Shown one piece after another: positions 39,601 through 49,294 of a stretch of DNA of 64,000 nt. Source of the DNA: a virus; the IMG/VR virus record IMGVR_UViG_3300050821_002540, positions 9,694-73,693 of that record; one strand, given 5' to 3'. The notes under the pieces were generated by a model. The model did not search any database and was not told where the DNA came from. It saw only the letters and a list, made by a program, of their open reading frames with translations. How positions within the stretch are numbered: position 1 is the first letter of the stretch; each line of letters begins with the position of its first letter. The position numbers and the translations under genes were made by a program.

Positions 39601-40844
39601 GTACCTGTCCATGTCATCGTTGAACCTCCAGATTCAATATTCTGGAAGTTAGTTGCCCCAGTTAGCTCCTCGCAAGGCCAGTATGCTATCGGAGTTGTTA
39701 CATCAGTCTTCCTTGTATAGAACCTCTTCAGCGGAGATCCAATATTATTGCCCTGGATGTACCTGGTAAGAATCCCACTCGCGATTACATTGACGTATAT
39801 GTAATTGCCAGTTGGGTCCCAGGAAGGTGGCCAGTTACTAACCTCACCTATAAACCTGTAGCCCGAGTATACAACTCCAGTAATAGACTGTGAATTGACA
39901 CTGACGAATATCCTGGTGTTGCCTGTGATATACGGGTAGAATGGACTACCTGAATTGTTCGGCGTAAATGCTCCGCCAGTATTGTTGAGCGTTAGCGTCA
40001 TTGTTACTGGGTTTATTGACTCCGTCTCACTTGGGCTTCCCCGCCCAGTAATTTGTATGTCGTTAGTCTGGTATACAAGTCCTGTTATGTCTGCCAGGGA
40101 ACCATTGAGGAGAAGCTGTACCGTTACGCCAAGTGGATTAAGCGGGAATACTGGGTAGGTAGGAGCCACATACCAAGGGCCTACAAACCCAGAATCGAGT
40201 AGGGCAAGGTCATCAAAGTATAGCGATGGCTGGTTTATATTTGACGTGTTCCAGCCAAAAGTAATCTGGTTTACACTTCCGGAAACTCCAAAGGCACTCG
40301 CCGTATCGGTAAGCGTGTATGAAATTGTAGTGGTGTCAAATGCGGCAGCCTGGTAAACATTCACGGCAAGGGAAGCCGAGCCAGAACTACCACAGACAAG
40401 CTGCCATTCAACTCTTGCCCAGCTATTAAGGGTCAGGGCTGATGCAGCCGTCTGCGTTACGGTCCCTCCAGGATTTACAATTGAAAGCTTTCCTGCAGTG
40501 TCATACCGTATGCCGCCGCCCGCCGTACCGGAGCTAGCAAACTTGACAATAAGATCTGATGTTGTGGCAACTGCTGTTGGATTTATGTAGAACCGGCCGT
40601 AAATAGTAGATACGGTACCGAGAGAGGTTGACCATCCAAAGTTACAAATACCACCGGAACCGCTTGTACTAACCTGCCCACTTAGCTCTCCATGAGCCTG
40701 CCTTGCTCCGGAGAACCTGTTATTTGTACCGCCAGCCACCGGGTTAATGATGTCAAATAGATCGTCAGTTCCGCTCCCGGAATTAACGCTTGATATAGCC
40801 AGGCCGTTAAAGCCATTCTCGAAGCCATTCTGAAGGTAGACCAT
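36690..40844 (-). CDS. Large minor tail or baseplate-hub protein with Gly-rich region
   Basis: Follows tape measure; PIAYWP.EE LamG-like segment; Gly-rich tract. Confidence 0.75.
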   Translation of the reverse strand: MVYLQNGFENGFNGLAISSVNSGSGTDDLFDIINPVAGGTNNRFSGARQAHGELSGQVSTSGSGGICNFGWSTSLGTVSTIYGRFYINPTAVATTSDLIVKFASSGTAGGGIRYDTAGKLSIVNPGGTVTQTAASALTLNSWARVEWQLVCGSSGSASLAVNVYQAAAFDTTTISYTLTDTASAFGVSGSVNQITFGWNTSNINQPSLYFDDLALLDSGFVGPWYVAPTYPVFPLNPLGVTVQLLLNGSLADITGLVYQTNDIQITGRGSPSETESINPVTMTLTLNNTGGAFTPNNSGSPFYPYITGNTRIFVSVNSQSITGVVYSGYRFIGEVSNWPPSWDPTGNYIYVNVIASGILTRYIQGNNIGSPLKRFYTRKTDVTTPIAYWPCEELTGATNFQNIESGGSTMTWTGTPGLSSDSGVPGSDPIPQLNGSVWTGNTGSQSWGGPVTWNTPGNYQWLCPGGTTTLTSVSATGGGAGGSNGVHVIAGGGGESAADSSVAVTPGNYYNLTVGAGGGGGRASGTTAYSGAAGGNSFFQADSVTTLAHGAGTSGVSATNGGTGSQSAVHHNGGNGGIGNVIGGGGGGGGSGGTFTGGLTGGSTSGNSGGAGATAVSGGGKGGKGETFQTALKTYTANLAGIGGFPGGGGGSGSNQNKYAPKYGPGAQGASGQVTINFAGVSTPNNVILRFVTNVPATGMPNGAVLARGIVASGTLARIECYYVSSGGGLFGLRGYNSGSSLIFDTGTGAMPPVNGTGPWLVSMELAVNGSSVNCTIFTVAPNSAVPIGIIIPYTGSIGAISSVVINPNGNIQDTAVGHIVLQGALEYVAIVSPAFGGFAGELAIDRFKRICSEEGIRCAYQGDGYWNWNSILPYQNTYSTIALGGWTSSNSTLSSCEDYGEYESNFILIANSGTASGAIATSPQIPVPAGQYVSAYIDLNTLGQAGNYNVIITYFKNNGATNGTATLLSAVSFPSPFSTGTISITQCLVPANTTSMNLAVYNTATPTFSGQQFAIGNVSIGIGVRMGPQPDDTFMSIMQQIQDVDCGVLVEPRWFCGIEFVSRVAMIDNDPSLALNYTSAQVAQNIQPVFDQQQLRNNITLSRINGSSVNVQLQNGPLSVATPPAGVGNYPYSLSGNFYADSQLAQCAAWKLDVGTVNDFRYKSIALDQTRPEVSSLFAQQANLDDGQRINIFNVPSFMPSSNIDQIVSSLDESLNAFKWEIDVTGVPYVPYATNIDTSGDFWNTGLIGSWSGTNCSVLVTSTIASPYNYYLQCTTSANGGYATGATFPVLPGPGVGNPNYMIYWAINGTPGAVINMGADGGSGFFGTNITLAGPGWSFGSLGVTTTAFQTTMYLTATPTGTFPVTFQIGYFICVPVTEALSW

Positions 40845-43800
40845 TACTTGTTCCTACTTCCGAATGCCCTCTGTACGCTTCCGCCACCCTTATACCTAAC
40901 AAAGTTTCTTATGAACTCGGCCATAAACTTCTCAAACTCGCTACTCCCGCCAACAACTTCAAATGTACCTCCGCCACTACCAGGACCAGAGTCGCGAGTT
41001 AGGTGCTCATACCCTCCGGTACCATTCATCATAATGTTAAGGCCAGGCTTGAGCCACCCGCCATTATCATACCAGTTCATAGCAGCCTCGTGCGCCGCCG
41101 CCCCGATCGGGCCTCCATAAGTGGATGCCATATAGTTCCACATCCAGGCTATCTGTGTACGAGGGTCGGACTGTCCACCTGCCCATGCAGGCCAGGCAGC
41201 TACTGGCATCTTGGAGAACGGGAGGGCCTGCGGAATACCATACGCCCCGGATGACGGGTTGGTGGCGAACTGGTTCCATCCAGACTCACGCATGGCCACA
41301 TAGTTCCATGCATTCCATACCGGACCTGATGCGTACTGCGGGTACATTGACTGTGCTAGGCGCGCGTTCTGATTCGGGGCCGCCGCTGGCGGGCCGCCGA
41401 CAGTAGGACCAGTAACCTGCTTTGTCGCAACCAGAGTGTTTGCGTATGACACAGCATCCTGGAGGAACTGACCGGCTGCGGAATTCCCAAATGACGGCCA
41501 TGCACTATTAATGAATGAGCTCTCATTATTTCCGGCCCAGTCAGTAAGACCGCTCATACCACCGATAACTCCGCCACTCGCGAAGCCGGGCACCCCCATC
41601 TGCTTGAACAGCCATGCATACTTCTTTGTCTTGTCCTTATCAATAACGGCCTCACCACGCTCAAGCATAGCGGGCCATTCATCCCCTCCACCAAAGCCAG
41701 GTACCTTACCGCCTCCTGAGTAGAAGCTCAGGGCACCAAGCTTCTTCAGAACTGAGCCAAGACTCTCGCGAGCCTGGACGGTACCGGAGCCGCTGGCATG
41801 AACACCTACATTGACCGTCTTGCCATGTAGCCTATCGACCGAACCTTGAAGATTGTTGACAAAGTTCTTTGCATCAGTAGCTGAAAGCCCTGTCTTCTCA
41901 AGATCCGCTATCAGCTGATCACGAGCCGACTTAAAGGCATTGCTATTTATGCCCTGATGGATAATTGCATCCGTCATATTGCTTATGGCTGTCTGTGCTC
42001 CGGATGCCTTAAACAATGACGCCTGGAACGCTGCAACAAGATCGTTGTTAAGTACTCCAGCCAGGCCACCGACCTTAATCGTTGACTTATCGACAATAGC
42101 ATTCATCCCTGTCAGGGACGTACCGTTCTGTCCCACCCACTTGTTTAGATTCTGAAGACTTACGGTACCGGGACCGAGAGCATTATTGATGAATGCAATA
42201 ATGGTGTCCCTGGCGGTGAGGTTGCTGCCAGCATACGTCAGCATCTCTGCAGACTGGGTGGCAATTACGGTCGTTAGGTCCTTCTGACTTATTCCCTGCT
42301 GCGTAAGCGAGTCGGAAAGCTTCTGTGCTGCAGGTATAACTGTCGTGTATAGGTCACTGGCAAGCGTTAGGCTCTGTGAGTTGAATCCAGTCAGTGATGC
42401 ACCGGATACCTGAGCATCCTTACCCATTTGCAGAATACCCTGCTGGAATGAGATGAATGCCTGCTGACCGCCAAGCAGCACATTTATGAGGTTGTCTTCG
42501 GCCGTAGTTACGTTCTGGAGGGCAGGAAGAGTCTCCTGCATAAATTCATTACGCTGGGCATTGGCAGCAGCAGCCTGTCGCCCAGTACCGATCGCGAGGG
42601 CGTTCTGGGCATCCGCCGCTGCCTTGGCCTGAATGATAAGGCCAGGTAGTGTCTGCGCAGTAGCGTTCAGGATGTCATTGGATGTTATGCCGGCAGCAGC
42701 TAGGAGCGAAGTGTTACCGCCCGCCGCCTTCAGTACCTGGCTGTAATTGCTCATGTCCTTCTGAAGGACAGGAAGGAGAGCATGGTTGTCATTGAGGACG
42801 GTGCCAAGCCTCTGTGCATTTGCCACGTAGGTGAATGTACCGATAAGCTCCTTAGCTTGCGCTACGGTTAGCTGGCCGTGACTTGCTGCCGCCTCCTTTA
42901 CGGCAGCCGCCTGGTCATTAAGTGTCTTGACGTACGTACCGCCACCAACATCAAGAGCATTTTGCGCTGAATTTACTGCTGCTACAGCATCCCTGTACTG
43001 AATTAGGAGGTTGATACCAAGCTGATTTACAGGAACCTGTCCAAGGAACTTCTGTGTAGCAGTGACCATTTCATTAGTGGCATCCTTGCTCCTTACAAGC
43101 CAGTAAACAAGAGCACCGATACCGGCTGCGGCAAGGGCCGCCCACCCAACAATACTAAGTGCACTTATTGAGGTGAATGCCCCTTCAAGTGCCCAGCTCG
43201 AAGCTGCGGCATAGTCGGCTGCGGCACCAAGAGTGAACAGCACACGGATAAGCTGAACAACACCCTGTCCGATCATCTGAAGGCCGGTAAAGAACTGTGC
43301 TGCATCAAATAGGAGGAAGTTAGCATTTACAAGGCCAAGCGGGATGAGGAGCCTAGCGAATGCGTTTGTTGTGTACAGAACTGCGCTTGCCGCGAGTCCG
43401 AGCCATAGTGCGGCGCCATGGAAAACAAGGAAGCCGTTAAGTATGTCCTGGAATATATGACTTGCACTTAGCGCCTCAAGTGCACCAGTAACGCCAACTA
43501 CAGCATGAAGAAGGATCTGTGCATATCCAGGAACAACCTTCAGCAAGTTGCCTACGGTGCCAAAGATGTTAGCGACTACCTCGCCAATCATGGCAACGTC
43601 CTTTGGACCATCCTTGAGGAATGTCCCAAGTCCGCCACTAACAAGGGCACTCGTTGCCCTAGCCCCGAGGATTTCCAGCTGCCGTCCGGTTGCATCAATG
43701 ATCGGCGGGAGCTTGCCGGTATTAGCGCCAACAACAGCAAGAGCATCACCAAATAGCTGGATGGTATACGGCTTTGCTGCATCCTCAAGCTTGTGCATGC

Positions 43801-44866
43801 CATCGGTTAGCGGGTAGACGCTCTGCCCAAAAGCAGTAGTGTCATTGAATGCGGTGCGCATTGCCCTTGATATGTCATTTACCGTTGGTGCGGCACCAAG
43901 ACCGAACGCAGCTAGCGCAACCGTAGCGGGAACAATGACAGCAACGAATTCAGCAACGGTGTCAGCAAGAACGTGCCATGCAGCTACCTGGCCAATTAGC
44001 GGAAGCCTGCCAAGAGCACCACCAAACAGGGTTACCTTTGCTGTAGCCGCAGCACCCCAGAAACCGAACTGAGCAAGCCACCCAGTTCCTGCCTCGAAGA
44101 GTGGGATCTGATCCCTTATGACCGCATTGTTTGCGATAGCACCAGCTACAGCATCAGCAAATGCTGTCCTGGCGAGTCCGCCATACCTCGCAGCCGCAGT
44201 ACCGATAGCGCCCCAGAACCCATAAGTCATCGAGGCAACTCCGGCAAAGCCTCCCATAACCTGCCAGAGCCGGACGATATCATCGTGCGTCATTCCAAAG
44301 GCAGAGTGAAGCTTATAGGAGTCAGCAACTAGGGCATCCATAGCGGCCGTAGTACCACTGCTAATGCCGACATTGAACTTCTGGTCTAGGCCGCTGCCAA
44401 TCCCTCCCGTTGGCGTCCCGTAGCTTACAGGAATAACCTCGCTCTGGACTACATGGGGAAGCTTCAGTGGTGCTACATCAAAGCTTACCGGAATCTCTGC
44501 ACTCAGGCTGGAGATCTTCTCCATCTGGGTCGCGAGCTGTTCCGGATTAACGTTGATGTCAAGAAGGTCGGAAATACCCTGCTGCTGTATAAGCCTCTTT
44601 AGCAACATTAGCTGGGTGGTAATCCGGCCGGGGGATATATTGACATCAGCAAGGTCGGCAATTCCCAGGGCCTGTAGCTTTGCCTTGAGCATTGACAACG
44701 CAGACATCATCTTGTTGGTGTCAATAGAGATCCCGCCGATGTTCTGGAAGTCCTTGCCTAGATCCTTAGCTACCTTCCTGAGTGCCTCCATCTTCAGTAG
44801 TGCTGATGCGAAGGATGGCCCGGTGAGATCCTTTGCGGTAATCGTGATATTTACTTCATTCGCCAT
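40844..44866 (-). CDS. Tape measure protein with C-terminal lytic transglycosylase domain
   Basis: About 1340 aa, Ala-rich and helical; RESGWN..ATNPSSGAYGIPQALP..KM; YDNGG. Confidence 0.9.
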   Translation of the reverse strand: MANEVNITITAKDLTGPSFASALLKMEALRKVAKDLGKDFQNIGGISIDTNKMMSALSMLKAKLQALGIADLADVNISPGRITTQLMLLKRLIQQQGISDLLDINVNPEQLATQMEKISSLSAEIPVSFDVAPLKLPHVVQSEVIPVSYGTPTGGIGSGLDQKFNVGISSGTTAAMDALVADSYKLHSAFGMTHDDIVRLWQVMGGFAGVASMTYGFWGAIGTAAARYGGLARTAFADAVAGAIANNAVIRDQIPLFEAGTGWLAQFGFWGAAATAKVTLFGGALGRLPLIGQVAAWHVLADTVAEFVAVIVPATVALAAFGLGAAPTVNDISRAMRTAFNDTTAFGQSVYPLTDGMHKLEDAAKPYTIQLFGDALAVVGANTGKLPPIIDATGRQLEILGARATSALVSGGLGTFLKDGPKDVAMIGEVVANIFGTVGNLLKVVPGYAQILLHAVVGVTGALEALSASHIFQDILNGFLVFHGAALWLGLAASAVLYTTNAFARLLIPLGLVNANFLLFDAAQFFTGLQMIGQGVVQLIRVLFTLGAAADYAAASSWALEGAFTSISALSIVGWAALAAAGIGALVYWLVRSKDATNEMVTATQKFLGQVPVNQLGINLLIQYRDAVAAVNSAQNALDVGGGTYVKTLNDQAAAVKEAAASHGQLTVAQAKELIGTFTYVANAQRLGTVLNDNHALLPVLQKDMSNYSQVLKAAGGNTSLLAAAGITSNDILNATAQTLPGLIIQAKAAADAQNALAIGTGRQAAAANAQRNEFMQETLPALQNVTTAEDNLINVLLGGQQAFISFQQGILQMGKDAQVSGASLTGFNSQSLTLASDLYTTVIPAAQKLSDSLTQQGISQKDLTTVIATQSAEMLTYAGSNLTARDTIIAFINNALGPGTVSLQNLNKWVGQNGTSLTGMNAIVDKSTIKVGGLAGVLNNDLVAAFQASLFKASGAQTAISNMTDAIIHQGINSNAFKSARDQLIADLEKTGLSATDAKNFVNNLQGSVDRLHGKTVNVGVHASGSGTVQARESLGSVLKKLGALSFYSGGGKVPGFGGGDEWPAMLERGEAVIDKDKTKKYAWLFKQMGVPGFASGGVIGGMSGLTDWAGNNESSFINSAWPSFGNSAAGQFLQDAVSYANTLVATKQVTGPTVGGPPAAAPNQNARLAQSMYPQYASGPVWNAWNYVAMRESGWNQFATNPSSGAYGIPQALPFSKMPVAAWPAWAGGQSDPRTQIAWMWNYMASTYGGPIGAAAHEAAMNWYDNGGWLKPGLNIMMNGTGGYEHLTRDSGPGSGGGTFEVVGGSSEFEKFMAEFIRNFVRYKGGGSVQRAFGSRNK

Positions 44867-45125
44867 AGAAATCACCTACCTCTTCTTCCTGAGGATGAGC
44901 CATCGCAACGATATTAAGCATCCGGATGATACCTGCCTCTTCCTGCAAGATCTGACTTGGCAGGCAGTGAAACCTCTCACACAATCCGATTATGTTCTCG
45001 GCCTCTGCAAGTTCTACAGGCTTTCCGATGCACTCCCCAGTCCTAGTGATTGCTCCACCGAAGTCGAGCCATCGCTGGATTCGGTCTTCGAGGGATTTGG
45101 GACAGCCACCATCGCCGTCTGCCAT
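44856..45125 (-). CDS. Tail assembly chaperone, second (T) ORF
   Basis: Overlaps the upstream chaperone in the -1 frame; LCERFHCLPSQ motif. Confidence 0.55.
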   Translation of the reverse strand: MADGDGGCPKSLEDRIQRWLDFGGAITRTGECIGKPVELAEAENIIGLCERFHCLPSQILQEEAGIIRMLNIVAMAHPQEEEVGDFYGE

Positions 45126-45448
45126 GCCATCATGAGCTGGGTGATAATAGTACGTTCCTGGGAGTCGATACCGTCCTGATCAGTTGGGACTGGCTGCCCT
45201 GCCAGATCCTCCAGGTCCCATGACACCAGGTGATTCCTGAACAGCTCCAGGATTCGGTCATTGTCCTTGAGAAGGTCCGGGCTAATCTTGATGTTGCCCT
45301 CATCGTCAGGTTCCGGACTTGAAACTGCAGCCATGAGCATCTCATTGTACTCGCCTAGCGAGCAGCAGCTCATCTTCACGTGAAGGCCATCAAGGGCAGT
45401 TCCCTCAAAGGTAAGGTTGTAGATCGTTGGCTGCGGGCGGAATCCCAT
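45014..45448 (-). CDS. Tail assembly chaperone
   Basis: Between major tail and TMP; LVSWDLED..GQPVP motif. Confidence 0.7.
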   Translation of the reverse strand: MGFRPQPTIYNLTFEGTALDGLHVKMSCCSLGEYNEMLMAAVSSPEPDDEGNIKISPDLLKDNDRILELFRNHLVSWDLEDLAGQPVPTDQDGIDSQERTIITQLMMAWQTAMVAVPNPSKTESSDGSTSVEQSLGLGSASESL

Positions 45449-45457
45449 AACTTCTCC

Positions 45458-45874
45458 TTATGCCCAGGTGGGAACGGTACCGTCCGCGAGCGAGCCTGGC
45501 ACCTGCCAGGTCAGCTCTGCGGTATTGGCACGTGTGATCTGGTAGTCGGTAATGAGGCAGTTGACGGTGATGATCGGCGTAGTAGTGACAGGGGTAGGGG
45601 CGATGGACACCGAGCGGGTAACCGAGGTGCCAGTAACAGTCGAGAAAACCGAGTGGCTGAGGTTGGCGCCGTTGTCGAAGATGCCGTTGAGGGTAACGGT
45701 GAAGTCCGTGAGTAGCAGAAGCCGCTCATTCGCGAACTTGTTCATGCCGGTCGTGTCCTCAAGACCACGTGGCGTAGTGAAGGTGTAGTTGGTGATGTCT
45801 GTGCCGATGTTCTGTAGCGTTGCACTTGCATCCGCCACCTGTAGTGTGCCCGAGAGTCCGGTGAGCTTAGGCAT
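45458..45874 (-). CDS. Major tail tube protein
   Basis: Position, size and composition; ends DGTVPTWA. Confidence 0.7.
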   Translation of the reverse strand: MPKLTGLSGTLQVADASATLQNIGTDITNYTFTTPRGLEDTTGMNKFANERLLLLTDFTVTLNGIFDNGANLSHSVFSTVTGTSVTRSVSIAPTPVTTTPIITVNCLITDYQITRANTAELTWQVPGSLADGTVPTWA

Positions 45875-45875
45875 C

Positions 45876-46340
45876 TCAGCCCCTTCCAACTATTGTTGCT
45901 ATCTTGTCCTGATGGTTCCTGCTGTCATCCACCCAGTCATCTACCCTGCTGTGGATTCTTACTTCCCTGCGCGGGTTGCCACGCCAGTCACCGCCTACCA
46001 CGAGAAGCCGTGGAGGCTTGCCGATCGGCACCCTGTGCTCGTCACTCTTAAAGCACCTGTTTCCAGGCCCATAGATGAACTGGATTAGCTCCATACTTAT
46101 CCGGTTAGTTGCGTAGGCCCTCGACTTGTCATGAGTCAGGTAGTGGTACTGCTTCTGGCCCAGTTTCGATGTAAGGTCTACCGTAGTCACGAAGCCCTTG
46201 AGGTAACCATCACACTCATACTCTTCGCACGTGGCCCTGCGCCAGTGCGTAACGAGCGGGGCACGCATCGAATAGCTCTTGTAGTACTGTGGGCCAGCGA
46301 CCGGCTGAATCCTGCCATTACTGAGAAGTGCGCCACGCAT
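45876..46340 (-). CDS. Hypothetical protein
   Basis: Coupled ORF in the tail operon. Confidence 0.6.
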   Translation of the reverse strand: MRGALLSNGRIQPVAGPQYYKSYSMRAPLVTHWRRATCEEYECDGYLKGFVTTVDLTSKLGQKQYHYLTHDKSRAYATNRISMELIQFIYGPGNRCFKSDEHRVPIGKPPRLLVVGGDWRGNPRREVRIHSRVDDWVDDSRNHQDKIATIVGRG

Positions 46341-47293
46341 CAGAACGACACCCCAGCAGTCAGGTTCTGTACGAATGTAACCGCGAAGATTGCCTGTGTG
46401 AACGTCCCGGCCGAGACTATCTTGAGGAACTCGTTCACGGTGGCTGTGTTAGCTGTCTGTACACGGTACCCGCCGATAGCTGTCTGACTACCGAAGTCAA
46501 GGAGGGTTGTGTATGAACCTCCTGATGTCGTAGCGTGAGTTACAGTGATATCGATGTTTGTCCCCACTAGCTCTACAATCTGCAGGTACGCCTGACACCC
46601 GAACGCAGTACCTGCACCCTGGTCATAGAACGCACCAGTCGTCGGGCCATTGTCAGTCCTGAGCCCTGCTGTTACCTGACGTCCCCACTCAACACCGAAT
46701 GCATTAGCCGCCCAGTCAGCCTTTATGGTGAGGTTCCCGGTATTGTCGCGGTTGGGAGCATAACTGCTTTCCTTAGCAATCATACACGCCGAAGGATTCC
46801 CTAGCGCATTGCCCTGAAGGTACGAAACGACAACGTCAGCCGACGGCATATTCGCGAGGGCGTTTTGTACTGTTCCGAGCGCGAACCAGTTCCAGGTAGG
46901 AGCTGATGAGTATGTGATCGAGATCGTTCCGCTGATTGGTACAGAGTACGTACCGGCAGTAGTACCGACCGACACACTGTTAACGAGCACGTTGGTGATA
47001 GTACCGCCAGTGATAGTCACCTTGATCGGGAAGCCGGTCGTATTGGTGACAGGAACGGTAGTAAGCGGTACGCCAGGAGTCGTGATGGTTGGCGTTACCT
47101 CAAAGAATGAGGTAGCGCTAATCTGTCCATCACGCTGACCATACAGACGAGAGTGCCCCTTCTGTGTAAGAGTGGTAACGTCAAGCAGTGCGATAGCCCC
47201 GCTGATCGTATCGACCGATGCGATGTCGCCGCTCAGGTCGTACCCGCCGACGTAGAAGTTGTCTCCTAGTCCACTTGTCTTATTAGCCACCAT
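46340..47293 (-). CDS. Tail structural protein
   Basis: GYDLSGD N-terminus typical of tail-tube-like proteins; Thr/Gly rich. Confidence 0.6.
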   Translation of the reverse strand: MVANKTSGLGDNFYVGGYDLSGDIASVDTISGAIALLDVTTLTQKGHSRLYGQRDGQISATSFFEVTPTITTPGVPLTTVPVTNTTGFPIKVTITGGTITNVLVNSVSVGTTAGTYSVPISGTISITYSSAPTWNWFALGTVQNALANMPSADVVVSYLQGNALGNPSACMIAKESSYAPNRDNTGNLTIKADWAANAFGVEWGRQVTAGLRTDNGPTTGAFYDQGAGTAFGCQAYLQIVELVGTNIDITVTHATTSGGSYTTLLDFGSQTAIGGYRVQTANTATVNEFLKIVSAGTFTQAIFAVTFVQNLTAGVSF

Positions 47294-47491
47294 CTTAAAG
47301 CATTCCCTTCAGCATCGGGGCGAGCTTTGCTAGAGCGTCCCCTTGCCCGAACTCCTGTACATATATCATAACCGCACCGTTATAAGTATCAGCATCAATG
47401 ACTATGCGAGCTGTTTTGTTTAGCCGTTCCTGGGTAAGAACGCCAGCCTCAACTAGCATCTTCCCGAAGTGCTGGATAGTTATTGCCGTCA

Positions 47492-48139
47492 TCAGGTAAC
47501 CTCTCCTAGCATTGCTGACTTAATGTGCCCTACCTGGACCCCAGTATGCAGGTAGATCCTCGCAGACACCCCAGCACACCGCAGGCAGAATGAGATGTCC
47601 TCACCGTGATCCCTACCGCCAATAACACTTTCACGGAACCAGGCAGGCTGCCCACTTGCCCTTTTCTGAATGTTCTCAAATACTGACCGATGCACCATCA
47701 TGAACCCAGCTCCGACAGCATCAACCCTCATTACTGATGATTCCGGTACCGGGTCAATGTAGTTCATTGTCATGCTACCTTCACTATCAATGGTAGCCTT
47801 GTATGCAGCCGGGATCTTCTTTCCGTCCCAGAACACATGGTACAATGCGCTGACGACCGGAAGGTCTACTGGGTCAGCAACCTCAAGGAGTCGGCTGACG
47901 GAATCCGTAGAGAACACTATATCAGTATCCACACAACATAGCCACTCATGATCCTTGCCCAGGAACTGCTGAACCAGTAGGTTCCGGCCAAGCGCGAGTA
48001 GAGGGCCTGCAGAGCTTGAGATGACGCCGCCGATAGCCGGGTCAGCATCCGGGCCAGCCACGGCGTTTAGGACAGAGTTCATGAACTCTGCCCGGATTGT
48101 ACCAGCACTCACAAAACCAATAAGAACCTCGCCGCTCAT
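47492..48139 (-). CDS. GT2-like glycosyltransferase in the structural module
   Basis: GRN.LV..FL; WL..VDTDI (DxD); GAGFMMVHRSVFE; GEDISFC.R; GHIK. Confidence 0.8.
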   Translation of the reverse strand: MSGEVLIGFVSAGTIRAEFMNSVLNAVAGPDADPAIGGVISSSAGPLLALGRNLLVQQFLGKDHEWLCCVDTDIVFSTDSVSRLLEVADPVDLPVVSALYHVFWDGKKIPAAYKATIDSEGSMTMNYIDPVPESSVMRVDAVGAGFMMVHRSVFENIQKRASGQPAWFRESVIGGRDHGEDISFCLRCAGVSARIYLHTGVQVGHIKSAMLGEVT

Positions 48140-48618
48140 GTCGTACTCCCCTGGATAAACATGTCATCGATAATGATTGGGATAGTGATTGTCATCACCC
48201 GGAACATCTGCCTGTCAATCTCAACGTAACCGGCCTGGGCGCTGAGTGGAACCGAGGCAAACATCCCGAGCAGGTCAACGGACCTAACGCCAGCATCACC
48301 GCCGAAGTTAAAGTCTGCCGACATTGCGCCCATAAGGTCAATGGCGGCCGAGAGGACGCTAGGGTCAATATAGTCAAAAGGCTGCTGCCTGAAGTTTGTG
48401 TATATCCGGGCATATAGCACAACGATACCGCTCGTGGAGTTTAGGCCTGACCCCTTGATCGGCACAACGCTGTTCACCCACACAGAACACTCAAGGCCGT
48501 TACCCGGAGCGTTCTTTGGCTCGTGCTGGTTGACATGCTGAAATCTACCAGTAGCAAGACCATAGCTGACTACTTTGTCAAAGACGGTTGTTACGGCAAC
48601 ATCATTGAAGTTTGGCAT
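48136..48618 (-). CDS. Tail terminator or completion protein
   Basis: Position; VN.HEPK..PG motif. Confidence 0.6.
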   Translation of the reverse strand: MPNFNDVAVTTVFDKVVSYGLATGRFQHVNQHEPKNAPGNGLECSVWVNSVVPIKGSGLNSTSGIVVLYARIYTNFRQQPFDYIDPSVLSAAIDLMGAMSADFNFGGDAGVRSVDLLGMFASVPLSAQAGYVEIDRQMFRVMTITIPIIIDDMFIQGSTT

Positions 48619-48619
48619 G

Positions 48620-49087
48620 TCATGCCCCATTCATAATTCGGAGGAATGGGGGAAGCTCACGGTAGGCAATAGGCCGGGATATGGCCTCAAGACTTGCCGA
48701 TATCTTCCGGAATGCATGATAGCCAGTAAACCGGCGGGGCGGCGGATTCCTCTTGTGTGGCCACACAATAAGGTTCATCTCCGATACGCCCTCGATCCAG
48801 TCCCCATACGTGACGGGATCGTCAGATATGACAACCGCATCGGGTACCTGAACGTCATGTATAGCAGCCTGTAGGAAGCCAGCATTTGCCGGCACTGGAT
48901 TGAACCTTGGAGTGCCGCCGTGATGGCCAAGGTACATATACTGCGTCTCAAGGTACGCCCTGATCATGGACACGCCCATATCACCAAGAGTTCGCTCAAC
49001 ATGTTCCTTGAAGCGACCTACCTCACTCTCAGCTAGGCCGGTAACGATCGGGCCGCTAAGGTCAACGGTTATCTCAAGACCTGCCAT
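48620..49087 (-). CDS. Head-tail joining / tail completion protein
   Basis: YG.W.EG...N...RF.GYHAFR motif; position. Confidence 0.55.
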   Translation of the reverse strand: MAGLEITVDLSGPIVTGLAESEVGRFKEHVERTLGDMGVSMIRAYLETQYMYLGHHGGTPRFNPVPANAGFLQAAIHDVQVPDAVVISDDPVTYGDWIEGVSEMNLIVWPHKRNPPPRRFTGYHAFRKISASLEAISRPIAYRELPPFLRIMNGA

Positions 49088-49294
49088 CGGTACCGCCTAC
49101 ATTATGACGATGCTTGTGACATACAACATGTCCCTTGTAGAAGAGGCCGAATCGCCAGCAGCCCTTTTCATGACAGTTAACCATACGAACAAGTGCACCG
49201 GCAATAGCAAGCTCGCCAAGGTCACTTCCGAACCCTGACCAGAATCCATAGTAAGGGCCTGTACCATTAACACCGAGGTGGATATAGAGCCAGT

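Noticed and set aside
45014-45040. Defined -1 slippery site in the tail chaperone
   Set aside because: The overlap fits a G/GT arrangement, but only CGGAAAG is visible, which is not a canonical XXXYYYZ heptamer.
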